The position numbers and the translations under genes are program-made. Positions 21,182 through 29,273 of a DNA stretch of 64,000 bases are shown here, one piece after another (position 1 is the first letter of the stretch; each line of letters opens with the position of its first letter). The notes beneath the pieces are model-generated. The model searched no databases. It was not told where the DNA came from and worked only from the letters and a program-made list of their open reading frames with translations. This DNA is from a virus, in IMG/VR virus record IMGVR_UViG_3300023313_000005, positions 11,554-75,553 of that record; one strand, written 5' to 3'.

Positions 21182-22987
21182 TTAAAATAAAGTTAATTGT
21201 TTATTTTCAATTACGTTTATAATTTTATAACATTCTCTAATATAATAATTCATATTTATATTTTTTAAATAATTAATATTACTATCATAGTCATTTAATA
21301 TTGTAACATTAAAACCTGATTCAATAGCTTCTATACGTCCATCTTCGTGGTGTTTATACAATGAATTATTACTATTGGATATAATATATCTATTTGTTTT
21401 TTGTAATCGTTTATACCCCTTTAAAGTGTGTAATATAGTAGCCCATCCTTTAGTAGCTGTAAAACTTTTACAAAAATCAAATATGTTACATTCATTTAAT
21501 GATTGTTCTATTGGAATAGATTTTAAAAAATAATTACTAATTGCGATTCTTACTGCTTTCATAGAATGATTTTTATGCCAATCTCTTTCTATTTCAAAAG
21601 CACCTTTATATTTTATTTTGTTATCAATTGTACAAGCTATATAATTATTTACATCACGTATTATCATTTGTTTATAATTAACATATTCTAATTCTAAATT
21701 AGTTAATTTTTCCCATGATTTACATATTTGTATACATTTATTATATTCAGATTTTGGTAATAATATTGTTAATCCATCTGTATTAATTTGTAACATTGTT
21801 ACATCATATAATAAATCTACTATTTTTTCAGAAAGCATTGTTAATAATAACTGACCATTAATAGTAATGTTCATTGTAAATAATGGGTCATATAAAAAAC
21901 TATATTCACTATTAGATTTACCAAAAGATCCATTTAACGCAATTTTAATTACATAATTCTGAGGAGTACCTTTTTTAAATGTTTTTCTTATTTCATATTG
22001 TTGTTTATATATTTTACAAAATGCTAAACCTAAATGTTTAGGATAAAAATTATTACTAATAGCTAAGTTAGGATAATATGATTTTACATCAATATCTAAA
22101 ATCATATGAGTATTAGAATTAGAGTATCTTCCGGGTGAAATACAACCATGAATTCCTCCTGTACCAAATTCATATTTAAAATTTTTATATATTACATTTA
22201 AATTTTTAAATACTCCTTTTGTTTCGGTAATAATTTTATTTTTAAGAATTGATAGAAAATTGTTAAATTCTTTACTTGAATATTTAACATAAGGTAATAT
22301 ACAATCTTTTAATTTAATTTCTTTTCTATATGTACGTAATTGATTAATTGTTGATATACTAGTATTTAATTCTTCAGATAATAGTTTTTTAAAAATACTT
22401 TCACCTATACCTGCATCAGGTTTATTTAATACATTTATATTATATATTTTGCTAATTTCTTTTCTTAACTCAATTACAGGTAACGATTTTAAATAAAATT
22501 CATATGTTGAATCTACATCATTTATGCAATATTTTATTATATCAGGTATTTGGTGTTTTTCTATAATAGCATCGGGCGATAATGGTAAATCTTGAACTTT
22601 TTTCCAACGTAATGCTATTTGTATTTTTTTCAAACTAGTACGTTTGGCTTTATTATCAAAATGCCAAATTTTATATAAATCTATTTGAGGAATAATTACT
22701 TCTGATTCATATATTGATGAATATTTACTATTTATTATTTCTTTACTTTTATTATATAATCCTTTTATATTTCTTGTTTTTATTAAATAATGTAATAAAG
22801 GATAATCATAATTAATATTATTAAATCCTATTAATTGAATATCAGATAATAAAAATTTTATATATTCATCAAAGTCATTTTTACTGTCATGTAATATAAA
22901 TATTTTAGTTTCTTTAGTTTTTATATTAAAGAATATACCACAGTGGAAATTTTTAAATTGTTCTAAATCATATATATAAGTATCCAT
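21182..22987 (-). CDS. polB: Family B DNA polymerase (crAss-like)
   Basis: Exonuclease motifs YDLE, GFNNINYD and YCINDV; polymerase motifs DVKSYYP, KIALNGSFGK and QINTDG. Confidence 0.9.
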   Translation of the reverse strand: MDTYIYDLEQFKNFHCGIFFNIKTKETKIFILHDSKNDFDEYIKFLLSDIQLIGFNNINYDYPLLHYLIKTRNIKGLYNKSKEIINSKYSSIYESEVIIPQIDLYKIWHFDNKAKRTSLKKIQIALRWKKVQDLPLSPDAIIEKHQIPDIIKYCINDVDSTYEFYLKSLPVIELRKEISKIYNINVLNKPDAGIGESIFKKLLSEELNTSISTINQLRTYRKEIKLKDCILPYVKYSSKEFNNFLSILKNKIITETKGVFKNLNVIYKNFKYEFGTGGIHGCISPGRYSNSNTHMILDIDVKSYYPNLAISNNFYPKHLGLAFCKIYKQQYEIRKTFKKGTPQNYVIKIALNGSFGKSNSEYSFLYDPLFTMNITINGQLLLTMLSEKIVDLLYDVTMLQINTDGLTILLPKSEYNKCIQICKSWEKLTNLELEYVNYKQMIIRDVNNYIACTIDNKIKYKGAFEIERDWHKNHSMKAVRIAISNYFLKSIPIEQSLNECNIFDFCKSFTATKGWATILHTLKGYKRLQKTNRYIISNSNNSLYKHHEDGRIEAIESGFNVTILNDYDSNINYLKNINMNYYIRECYKIINVIENKQLTLF

Positions 22988-22999
22988 GTTTAAAATAAG

Positions 23000-23019
23000 A
23001 AAGGGGAATTACCCCCTTT
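23000..23019 (-). terminator. Probable intrinsic terminator
   Basis: AAAGGGG-AATTAC-CCCCTTT hairpin. Confidence 0.55.
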
Positions 23020-23076
23020 CTGTTTAAGTTAAATTAATAATTCATACACATTAAAATTAAAGAACATGTACGTTCT

Positions 23077-23364
23077 TTAATCTTTTCTTTTTTTTATTTT
23101 AATATTATGAATACGTGAACATACTCTTAAAAATGAAACATCGTCATCCTCAATCCAATATTTTATTAATAGTCTAGATTGTTTACTACTAATATGAAAA
23201 ATATTACTTAATTTTAATATTAATATATAATCATCTAATTTAGAATTATTATCTATGTAATTCCAAATTTCATCAGGATAAAATCGTATTTCTGAATAAT
23301 GATTATAGTAATAAATTAAATATAGTATTGCTATTAATAAAAAAGTTATAATTATTCCAATCAT
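23077..23364 (-). CDS. Small membrane-anchored protein; probable start MIGIIITF
   Basis: N-terminal hydrophobic helix. Confidence 0.55.
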   Translation of the reverse strand: MIGIIITFLLIAILYLIYYYNHYSEIRFYPDEIWNYIDNNSKLDDYILILKLSNIFHISSKQSRLLIKYWIEDDDVSFLRVCSRIHNIKIKKRKD

Positions 23365-23384
23365 TAATTTATTGTTTTTTATGT

Positions 23385-23429
23385 TTAATAAATTACATTT
23401 AAATAAAATTTTAATTTTGTATCTATCAT
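23385..23429 (-). pseudogene. Truncated terminal MID unit (MIDTKLKFYLNVIY*)
   Basis: Full junction motif AATATATTATGATAGATAC but only 14 codons. Confidence 0.55.
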
Positions 23430-23438
23430 AATATATTT

Positions 23439-23675
23439 TTATAATGAATTGAGTTCTTTCCATTTTCCCATAGACATAGACCCTTTATAACTATATTTTA
23501 ATCCGTATCCACTTCCCCAATTAGTACCTTTTCCACTTCCCTCTCCAGACCCATTCCCTATTCCGCCTGTTGAACAACATCCACTACCATCCATATATCT
23601 ATGTGTATAAAGATATTCTATATTATTCATATCTATAAGTATATTGTCTAATCTATCTATTGTAAAATCTATCAT
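23439..23675 (-). CDS. Array A peptide 18 (MIDFTIDRL)
   Basis: MID start, Gly-rich core. Confidence 0.75.
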   Translation of the reverse strand: MIDFTIDRLDNILIDMNNIEYLYTHRYMDGSGCCSTGGIGNGSGEGSGKGTNWGSGYGLKYSYKGSMSMGKWKELNSL

Positions 23676-23683
23676 ATTATTTT

Positions 23684-23941
23684 TTAATAAATTGAACTAT
23701 CTAAAATTAAAAATTCATTCCCAGTTCCAAGATCATGTCCCGTCCTTTCACTTTCACCATAATCTGCTATGTATAAATTTTCATGCTGAGTATTTACTAA
23801 ACTACAATCTATCCATCCTCCGTATTTATTTCCTCCACCTGTTCCGTGTCCCATAGAATTAATTTTTGGTGCGGTAGAACTTAAAAATAATACCCCTCTA
23901 GGATAACATTCCCCATAATCATTAATATTATAATCTATCAT
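23684..23941 (-). CDS. Array A peptide 17 (MIDYNINDYG)
   Basis: MID start, ATGA overlap. Confidence 0.75.
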   Translation of the reverse strand: MIDYNINDYGECYPRGVLFLSSTAPKINSMGHGTGGGNKYGGWIDCSLVNTQHENLYIADYGESERTGHDLGTGNEFLILDSSIY

Positions 23942-24192
23942 AATATACTAATTTCTTCTCCTTTTCCGATATCATAATGATAAATATATTTATCATTATA
24001 TGTACTTTCATATCCACATCCATATTTAGTTTCGTACGTGCATTGTATATATCCTAACCCACACCCATTTCCATTTTTCTCTCCATACTCAGATGAATTT
24101 CCACTTCCGTGCCCATTTCCATATCTATAACCTTGTCCATTTCCTCTTCCCCCATGTCCCGTTCCTTTATTATTAAGTCTTGTATCTATCAT
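23938..24192 (-). CDS. Array A peptide 16 (MIDTRLNNKG)
   Basis: MID...IL, Gly-rich. Confidence 0.8.
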   Translation of the reverse strand: MIDTRLNNKGTGHGGRGNGQGYRYGNGHGSGNSSEYGEKNGNGCGLGYIQCTYETKYGCGYESTYNDKYIYHYDIGKGEEISIL

Positions 24193-24386
24193 AATATATT
24201 TATATATTCATGTCCACATCCTTTTTCATCTATATATCCTATTCCATATCCACTTCCATATCCATCTTTTATTCCCTTTCCTAATCTATCTCCACCATCA
24301 TCTCCCACTCCTTGTCCATATCCATACCCATTGGCATTCCCGAATTCATACCAATTTCCATTATTATTAATATTATAATCTACCAT
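24189..24386 (-). CDS. Array A peptide 15 (MVDYNINNNG)
   Basis: MVD...IL, Gly-rich. Confidence 0.8.
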   Translation of the reverse strand: MVDYNINNNGNWYEFGNANGYGYGQGVGDDGGDRLGKGIKDGYGSGYGIGYIDEKGCGHEYINIL

Positions 24387-24685
24387 AATATATTGTTTAT
24401 ATATTCACATCCATCTCCATATCCACTTTCATGATTGTTTCCATATCCATTTCCGCACCCTTTTCTACAGCTATATCCATATCCATTTCCAAGTCCATCT
24501 CCATCTCCACATCCGTATCCTTTTCCATATCCTTTCCCATTTCCATATCCATTTCCATTTCCATCTCCATCTCCAAGTCCATCTCCATCTCCATCTCCAA
24601 ACCAATGCCTATATTTATTTCTATTACTATTTCCACATACTATTCTATATCCTTTTTCATTAATATCAAGTGTTGCGTCAATCAT
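24380..24685 (-). CDS. Array A peptide 14 (MIDATLDINEKG)
   Basis: MID...ILW, Gly-rich. Confidence 0.8.
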   Translation of the reverse strand: MIDATLDINEKGYRIVCGNSNRNKYRHWFGDGDGDGLGDGDGNGNGYGNGKGYGKGYGCGDGDGLGNGYGYSCRKGCGNGYGNNHESGYGDGCEYINNILW

Positions 24686-24921
24686 AATATATCAATTTCA
24701 TTTCCATTTCCGTTAATATATTTATTTATATAGTCATATACATAACCATATCCGTATCCATATCCATTTTCATTATTATCATTATTTTCTTCTCCGTATC
24801 CTTCTCCGTAATCATCCCCATAACCGTCTCCATGTCCACCTCCATATCCATGTCCTTTTTTATATCCAACATCATCAGAGAATATATAACATCCCCTATT
24901 ATTATATTCTATATCTATCAT
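24682..24921 (-). CDS. Array A peptide 13 (MIDIEYNNRG)
   Basis: MID...IL, Gly-rich. Confidence 0.8.
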   Translation of the reverse strand: MIDIEYNNRGCYIFSDDVGYKKGHGYGGGHGDGYGDDYGEGYGEENNDNNENGYGYGYGYVYDYINKYINGNGNEIDIL

Positions 24922-24924
24922 AAT

Positions 24925-25158
24925 TTATAAAACAAAAGGTTCTTTCCATTTCCCACGGTTATATCTATTCAATCCTATATTTTCACCATCTCCGACTCCT
25001 TGTCCATTACCTTTTCCACATTTATCTCCCCATCCACTACCTTCTCCACGTCCATTACCTTGACCATATTTATTACCTACTCTTATATCATAATGCATTC
25101 CATTATCAATTAAATGTGATTTTTTATATCCATTATCATTATATTTTGTATCTATCAT
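24925..25158 (-). CDS. Array A peptide 12 (MIDTKYNDNG)
   Basis: MID...VL, Gly-rich. Confidence 0.8.
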   Translation of the reverse strand: MIDTKYNDNGYKKSHLIDNGMHYDIRVGNKYGQGNGRGEGSGWGDKCGKGNGQGVGDGENIGLNRYNRGKWKEPFVL

Positions 25159-25295
25159 AATATATCATTTTCATACCCGTCCCCATACCCGGTTTCATTG
25201 TCATGTCCATCTTCACCACCATCTCCATGCCCATATTCATTTCCAAACCCATTTTCATATTCTATTCTATTATTAGTAAATGCTGTATCTATCAT
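25155..25295 (-). CDS. Array A peptide 11 (46 aa, MIDTAFTNNRIEY...ENDIL), not in the ORF track
   Basis: Manual translation; ATGA overlaps at both ends. Confidence 0.8.
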   Translation of the reverse strand: MIDTAFTNNRIEYENGFGNEYGHGDGGEDGHDNETGYGDGYENDIL

Positions 25296-25525
25296 AATGC
25301 GTTATTTTCATATCTTATTCCATAATTATTATATTTATAATTATATTCCTCTCCTCCACCATGTTTATTTCCATATCCATTCGCATGTCCTTTTCCATAC
25401 CCATTTCCGTCTTCAAATCCATATCCACTTCCTTCTCTATATCCCCCTCCTTCTCCATTTCTATATCCTATTTCATGTCCTATTTTATGTCCTGTTCCAA
25501 TATTATTAAAATTTACATCTATCAT
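25292..25525 (-). CDS. Array A peptide 10 (MIDVNFNNIG); start corrected from 25573
   Basis: The MID start overlaps the upstream stop. Confidence 0.8.
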   Translation of the reverse strand: MIDVNFNNIGTGHKIGHEIGYRNGEGGGYREGSGYGFEDGNGYGKGHANGYGNKHGGGEEYNYKYNNYGIRYENNAL

Positions 25526-25785
25526 GATATAGTATTTACATATCCGTAACCATTTCCATCTCCATATCCGCATCCATCTATATATCCGTATCCATTTGCA
25601 TATCCATATCCGTATCCTTTCCCATTTTCATATCCGTCCCCACATCCATATCCATTAATATCCCCATCCCCATTTCCATATCCATATCCATATCCATATC
25701 CATGTTTACTCTCACATCCGTGTCCTTTTCCGTATCCGTATCCTATTCCACTATCATTATTATTATTAAATTTTACATCTATCAT
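25522..25785 (-). CDS. Array A peptide 9 (MIDVKFNNNN)
   Basis: MID start, GY repeats. Confidence 0.8.
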   Translation of the reverse strand: MIDVKFNNNNDSGIGYGYGKGHGCESKHGYGYGYGYGNGDGDINGYGCGDGYENGKGYGYGYANGYGYIDGCGYGDGNGYGYVNTIS

Positions 25786-25961
25786 AATACATCGTTTATA
25801 TCCTCATTTCTATCGTTTCCGTATCCATCTCCACATCCATTCCCGTATCCATCCCCATATCCATATCCATATCCACTTCCATTTCTATCTCCTTGCCCAT
25901 ATTCGTATCCTCTTCCATATCCATATTCTATTCCGATATTACTAAAATTTGTATCTATCAT
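25782..25961 (-). CDS. Array A peptide 8 (59 aa, MIDTNFSNIGIEY...DINDVL), not in the ORF track
   Basis: Manual translation; ATGA overlaps at both ends. Confidence 0.8.
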   Translation of the reverse strand: MIDTNFSNIGIEYGYGRGYEYGQGDRNGSGYGYGYGDGYGNGCGDGYGNDRNEDINDVL

Positions 25962-26176
25962 AATATACGAATTTCTATTCCTATTCCATTTCTATTTTCA
26001 TGATTATATTCTTCTCCAAACATAAATCTTTTTCCAAATCCTTTTTTGAGTTCACTATCATACCATTTTGTATTTTCACTCCATTTTCCAAGTCTAGTAC
26101 TATATCCTGTTCCAGATTCCTCCCCTAATCTTTCTAAATAACTAAATCCCTTATTGTTAAAAGTTCTATCTATCAT
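25958..26176 (-). CDS. Array A peptide 7 (MIDRTFNNKG)
   Basis: MID...IL. Confidence 0.8.
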   Translation of the reverse strand: MIDRTFNNKGFSYLERLGEESGTGYSTRLGKWSENTKWYDSELKKGFGKRFMFGEEYNHENRNGIGIEIRIL

Positions 26177-26343
26177 AGTATAGTATAATTATTTCCATTC
26201 CCTTCTCCATATTCATTACCATGTCCTCCACCATGTCCGTGACCATACCCATTTCCATAATTATCTCCACATGACAATCCATATTTTATTTCAAATGTTA
26301 TTCCATATCCATTTCCATCAGTATTGATATTCATATCTATCAT
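26173..26343 (-). CDS. Array A peptide 6 (56 aa, MIDMNINTDG...YTIL), not in the ORF track
   Basis: Manual translation; ATGA overlaps at both ends. Confidence 0.8.
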   Translation of the reverse strand: MIDMNINTDGNGYGITFEIKYGLSCGDNYGNGYGHGHGGGHGNEYGEGNGNNYTIL

Positions 26344-26552
26344 AATATATCATTTATTTTTTCATAACTATGTCCATATCTATATCCATTTCCTTTACCA
26401 TATCCATTCCCATTTCCACATCCATTTTTATAATCGTCCCCATTTCTACTTCCGGATCCATATCCATATCCTCTTCCGTCTCCATAGCCATTTCCAAATC
26501 CAGATCCGTATCCATATCCAACACCATTAATATTAAGTTTTGTATTTATCAT
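26340..26552 (-). CDS. Array A peptide 5 (MINTKLNING)
   Basis: Gly-rich, ends INDIL. Confidence 0.8.
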   Translation of the reverse strand: MINTKLNINGVGYGYGSGFGNGYGDGRGYGYGSGSRNGDDYKNGCGNGNGYGKGNGYRYGHSYEKINDIL

Positions 26553-26565
26553 AGTACATAAATTT

Positions 26566-26844
26566 TTATTCTATATATATATCATCTCCTATACCATATC
26601 CATCTCCCGCACCATTCTTATATCCTTTCCCATTTCCATATATATTTCCTTTTCCATTTCCACATCCATTCCCGTCTCCACATCCATTTTTATCTCCATA
26701 TCCACATCCATTTCCAAACCCATTCCCGTACCCTATTCCATTTTCAGACTCGCTTCCATATCCATATCCTAATTTACTTCCATACCCATACCCTTCTCCA
26801 TATTCGTATTCTATTCCGGTATTGTTAAAATATGTATCTATCAT
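26566..26844 (-). CDS. Array A peptide 4 (MIDTYFNNTG)
   Basis: MID start, Gly-rich. Confidence 0.8.
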   Translation of the reverse strand: MIDTYFNNTGIEYEYGEGYGYGSKLGYGYGSESENGIGYGNGFGNGCGYGDKNGCGDGNGCGNGKGNIYGNGKGYKNGAGDGYGIGDDIYIE

Positions 26845-27041
26845 AATATATTATTTTTATCTCCATATCCATAACCATGTCCATTTCCATTTCCATTTCC
26901 ATATTTCTTTCCGTATTCATATGTATTTCCATACCCATATGCATTTCCTTTTCCATAATTATATCCAGTATTAGAACTATATCCATCTCCAAATCCATTT
27001 CTATATTCTATTCCAGTATTATTAAAACTTGTGTCTATCAT
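26841..27041 (-). CDS. Array A peptide 3 (MIDTSFNNTG)
   Basis: MID...IL. Confidence 0.8.
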   Translation of the reverse strand: MIDTSFNNTGIEYRNGFGDGYSSNTGYNYGKGNAYGYGNTYEYGKKYGNGNGNGHGYGYGDKNNIL

Positions 27042-27265
27042 AGTATATCATTTATACATCCATATCCACTTCCATCCTCATATCCATTTCCATCCCCACA
27101 TCCTTCTCCGTATCCATTTCCGTTTCCGTATTCATTGCCATATCCATTTCCATCCCCATTTTCATTTCCACATCCATTTCCGTACCCATATCCGTATCCT
27201 ATTCCATTTTCATATCCATATTCATCTTCACCATATCCATTAATATTAAGTTTTGTATCTATCAT
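27038..27265 (-). CDS. Array A peptide 2 (MIDTKLNING)
   Basis: MID...INDIL. Confidence 0.8.
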   Translation of the reverse strand: MIDTKLNINGYGEDEYGYENGIGYGYGYGNGCGNENGDGNGYGNEYGNGNGYGEGCGDGNGYEDGSGYGCINDIL

Positions 27266-27459
27266 AATATATTTTCATTTCCGCGTCCATACCCATATCC
27301 GTATCCATCTCCATTTCCTTGTCCATGTCCATGTCCATATCCCCCATATCCATTTCCGTGTCCCCTTCCATCTCCATTTCCATGTCTATTCCCAGATCCA
27401 TATTGACTATCATAACTGATTTTATGATGTCCTGTACTATTAAAATATATATCTATCAT
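27262..27459 (-). CDS. Array A peptide 1 (MIDIYFNSTG)
   Basis: MID...IL. Confidence 0.8.
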   Translation of the reverse strand: MIDIYFNSTGHHKISYDSQYGSGNRHGNGDGRGHGNGYGGYGHGHGQGNGDGYGYGYGRGNENIL

Positions 27460-27473
27460 AACTCATAAAATTA

Positions 27474-27499
27474 AAAGGGGAGATATTACTCTCCCCTTT
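27474..27499 (-). terminator. Terminator-like hairpin immediately upstream of array A
   Basis: AAAGGGGAGA-TATTAC-TCTCCCCTTT, a 10-bp stem followed by a T-rich tract on the minus strand. Confidence 0.7.
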
Positions 27500-27525
27500 A
27501 TTTGACTAAAATTTAGTGCATTGAC

Positions 27526-27933
27526 TTAAAGATTAATAGCAGTCTGAGCTTCACGTTCTCGGATTTGGTCTTCCATTTTCTGAATAATAGCATCTATGCT
27601 CTCTGCAGACTTAGATGATATCTTCCAATAAGGAATAGTAGAGAATTGTTCAACTGCCTCATCAGTCATTCTAATAACTTCTATGGCAGTCATACTATTT
27701 TGAATTACAGGCATTGTAAATTCACATTCAGAGGGTTTACTAGAACCTAAAGTAGCTAATTCTGATAGAGTATGAGCTCCTGCCCAAGACCTAATTCTTC
27801 TTGTTTTTTGGAGTGTTACATACATTCCATTTTTGGTATCTTTAACATTTACTAATTTACCAAAATGTACTCCTGCAGAGTATGTTCTTACAATTACTTG
27901 TTCGCCTAAATCTGGATGATTTGTGTTTTCCAT
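27526..27933 (-). CDS. Uncharacterised phage protein with a VIVRTYSAGVHFG motif
   Basis: VIVRTYSAGVHFG...RRIRSWAGA.TLSELA...IEVI pattern, recalled from small uncharacterised phage proteins. Confidence 0.75.
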   Translation of the reverse strand: MENTNHPDLGEQVIVRTYSAGVHFGKLVNVKDTKNGMYVTLQKTRRIRSWAGAHTLSELATLGSSKPSECEFTMPVIQNSMTAIEVIRMTDEAVEQFSTIPYWKISSKSAESIDAIIQKMEDQIREREAQTAINL

Positions 27934-27952
27934 GGTTTTTGTTTATTAATTA

Positions 27953-28219
27953 TTAATCAATTGAGTTCATCATTTTTTTAGTTACAGGATTATATTCCTG
28001 TTGTACTATTTTTATTACACATGGGGTATCTTCACTTGTTTTTACAGTAAAGTGATGACCATGCTCCACAATAACAGCCCCATTAGGTTCCAGAACTACT
28101 GTACCCATTTTTTCAAACTTCTTAATTACTTTTACATCAGTAGATTTCTTTAAATCCACATAATGTTCTCCATTACTGTGCTCCAGAATCAATTTCTGAT
28201 TTTCTTGTTCTGTATTCAT
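27953..28219 (-). CDS. Small His-motif protein, copy A (HGHH...QQEYNP)
   Basis: Paralog of 33951-34178. Confidence 0.8.
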   Translation of the reverse strand: MNTEQENQKLILEHSNGEHYVDLKKSTDVKVIKKFEKMGTVVLEPNGAVIVEHGHHFTVKTSEDTPCVIKIVQQEYNPVTKKMMNSID

Positions 28220-28235
28220 TTGTTTGTTTTTATGC

Positions 28236-28997
28236 TCAAGATTGAGCGGTTAATAATTCAAAATATGATTTTTTAGACATATGTATAGGATCTTCATTAG
28301 GTAAAGGTACTATTTTCTTATCCATTTCAAATAAGAATACATCTCCTTGACGTATAATACTTTTAATATGACCTTCCATAGATGGATAATACATACATAA
28401 ACTAGCAACTGCTTCTAAAGGAGATCCATTTTTAAAATGTTCAGGTACCCATAACCAATGTTCGTCATTAGTACTAGTACAATGACATCTAATTACAGGT
28501 ACTATAGGATCTTCTACTGCATCAGGATCTTGTAATTTTGTAATATCCACATGCCATAGTTCATACATTACATGATAATCTATTTCCTCCATCTTATCTA
28601 ATGTTTCATTATATACCCTATTGATAAGATGTTCTCCTTCAGTTTTTATTCTTTCTGAAGGTAAATTATCCATCATCTCTCTAATAGAAATAACTCCAAA
28701 TAAAGCAGCTCTATAGTTGCTATTTTTAATGCTAAATGCCTCTTGATAGGTATATTTATCAAAAGCATCCCAATAAGCCATTAATCCCTCTATATAAGCG
28801 GCTTCTTCAAATTCCCCATAAGTACAAATATCTTCAATCATAGGATCAAAGAATCTGGATTTAGCCCGTTTAAAATTATCATTGTACTTTGTTTTTAAAA
28901 ATCTTATGATTGTAGGATCTTTTAAGGTAGCATTATTCACCTGAAAAGTTTTACTCTCTGAGTAGTACGTAATACCTTCAATTGGTAATGTTTTCAT
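28236..28997 (-). CDS. CxC/RQGDV 'LTAQS' protein, copy A
   Basis: Paralog of 34183-35001 (CHCTSTNDEHWLWV, RQGDVF, YFELLTAQS). Confidence 0.8.
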   Translation of the reverse strand: MKTLPIEGITYYSESKTFQVNNATLKDPTIIRFLKTKYNDNFKRAKSRFFDPMIEDICTYGEFEEAAYIEGLMAYWDAFDKYTYQEAFSIKNSNYRAALFGVISIREMMDNLPSERIKTEGEHLINRVYNETLDKMEEIDYHVMYELWHVDITKLQDPDAVEDPIVPVIRCHCTSTNDEHWLWVPEHFKNGSPLEAVASLCMYYPSMEGHIKSIIRQGDVFLFEMDKKIVPLPNEDPIHMSKKSYFELLTAQS

Positions 28998-29030
28998 AAT
29001 TAATTAATCTGTTTGTGTTTATATCTGTAT

Positions 29031-29273
29031 TTATTTTTGTAAAATACCAAAAGAATCTCCGTTTCCTTTTGAAGTTGATAAATTTAATATTATTCCAGTT
29101 CCTACATCAGATTCATATTCAAGTCTATGTATATTTCCTTTTCCATTTCCTTTACCATCACCAATTCCTATCCCATCACCATCACCATATCCAGTTCCTT
29201 GGTTATATCCTAAACTATCTATTAATGAATCTAAACCTCCACGTCCAGTTTTTTTAAATTTATAATCTATCAT
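29031..29273 (-). CDS. Outlying MID Gly-rich peptide (MIDYKFKKTG)
   Basis: Same start motif and Gly-rich core as array A. Confidence 0.7.
   Translation of the reverse strand: MIDYKFKKTGRGGLDSLIDSLGYNQGTGYGDGDGIGIGDGKGNGKGNIHRLEYESDVGTGIILNLSTSKGNGDSFGILQK

Larger units (their letters stand above)
23385..27459 (-). repeat. Array A: 18 tandem Gly/Tyr-rich 'MID' peptide genes plus a truncated terminal unit
   Basis: Junction motif WATATT-ATGATAGAT recurs every ~140-300 nt; all units translated by hand or from the track. Confidence 0.92.

Noticed and set aside
24109-27419. Plus-strand ORFs (SISISI, PYPFP, HIHFH) and the minus-strand MEMEMD ORF
   Set aside because: These are shadow frames of the GGA-TAT/GGA-AAT repeats; only the MID frame has coupled starts and stops with conserved ends.
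23421-27470. Array A as a CRISPR array
   Set aside because: The recurring motif is only ~15 nt and degenerate, the intervening segments are 140-300 nt open reading frames, and no cas genes are present.
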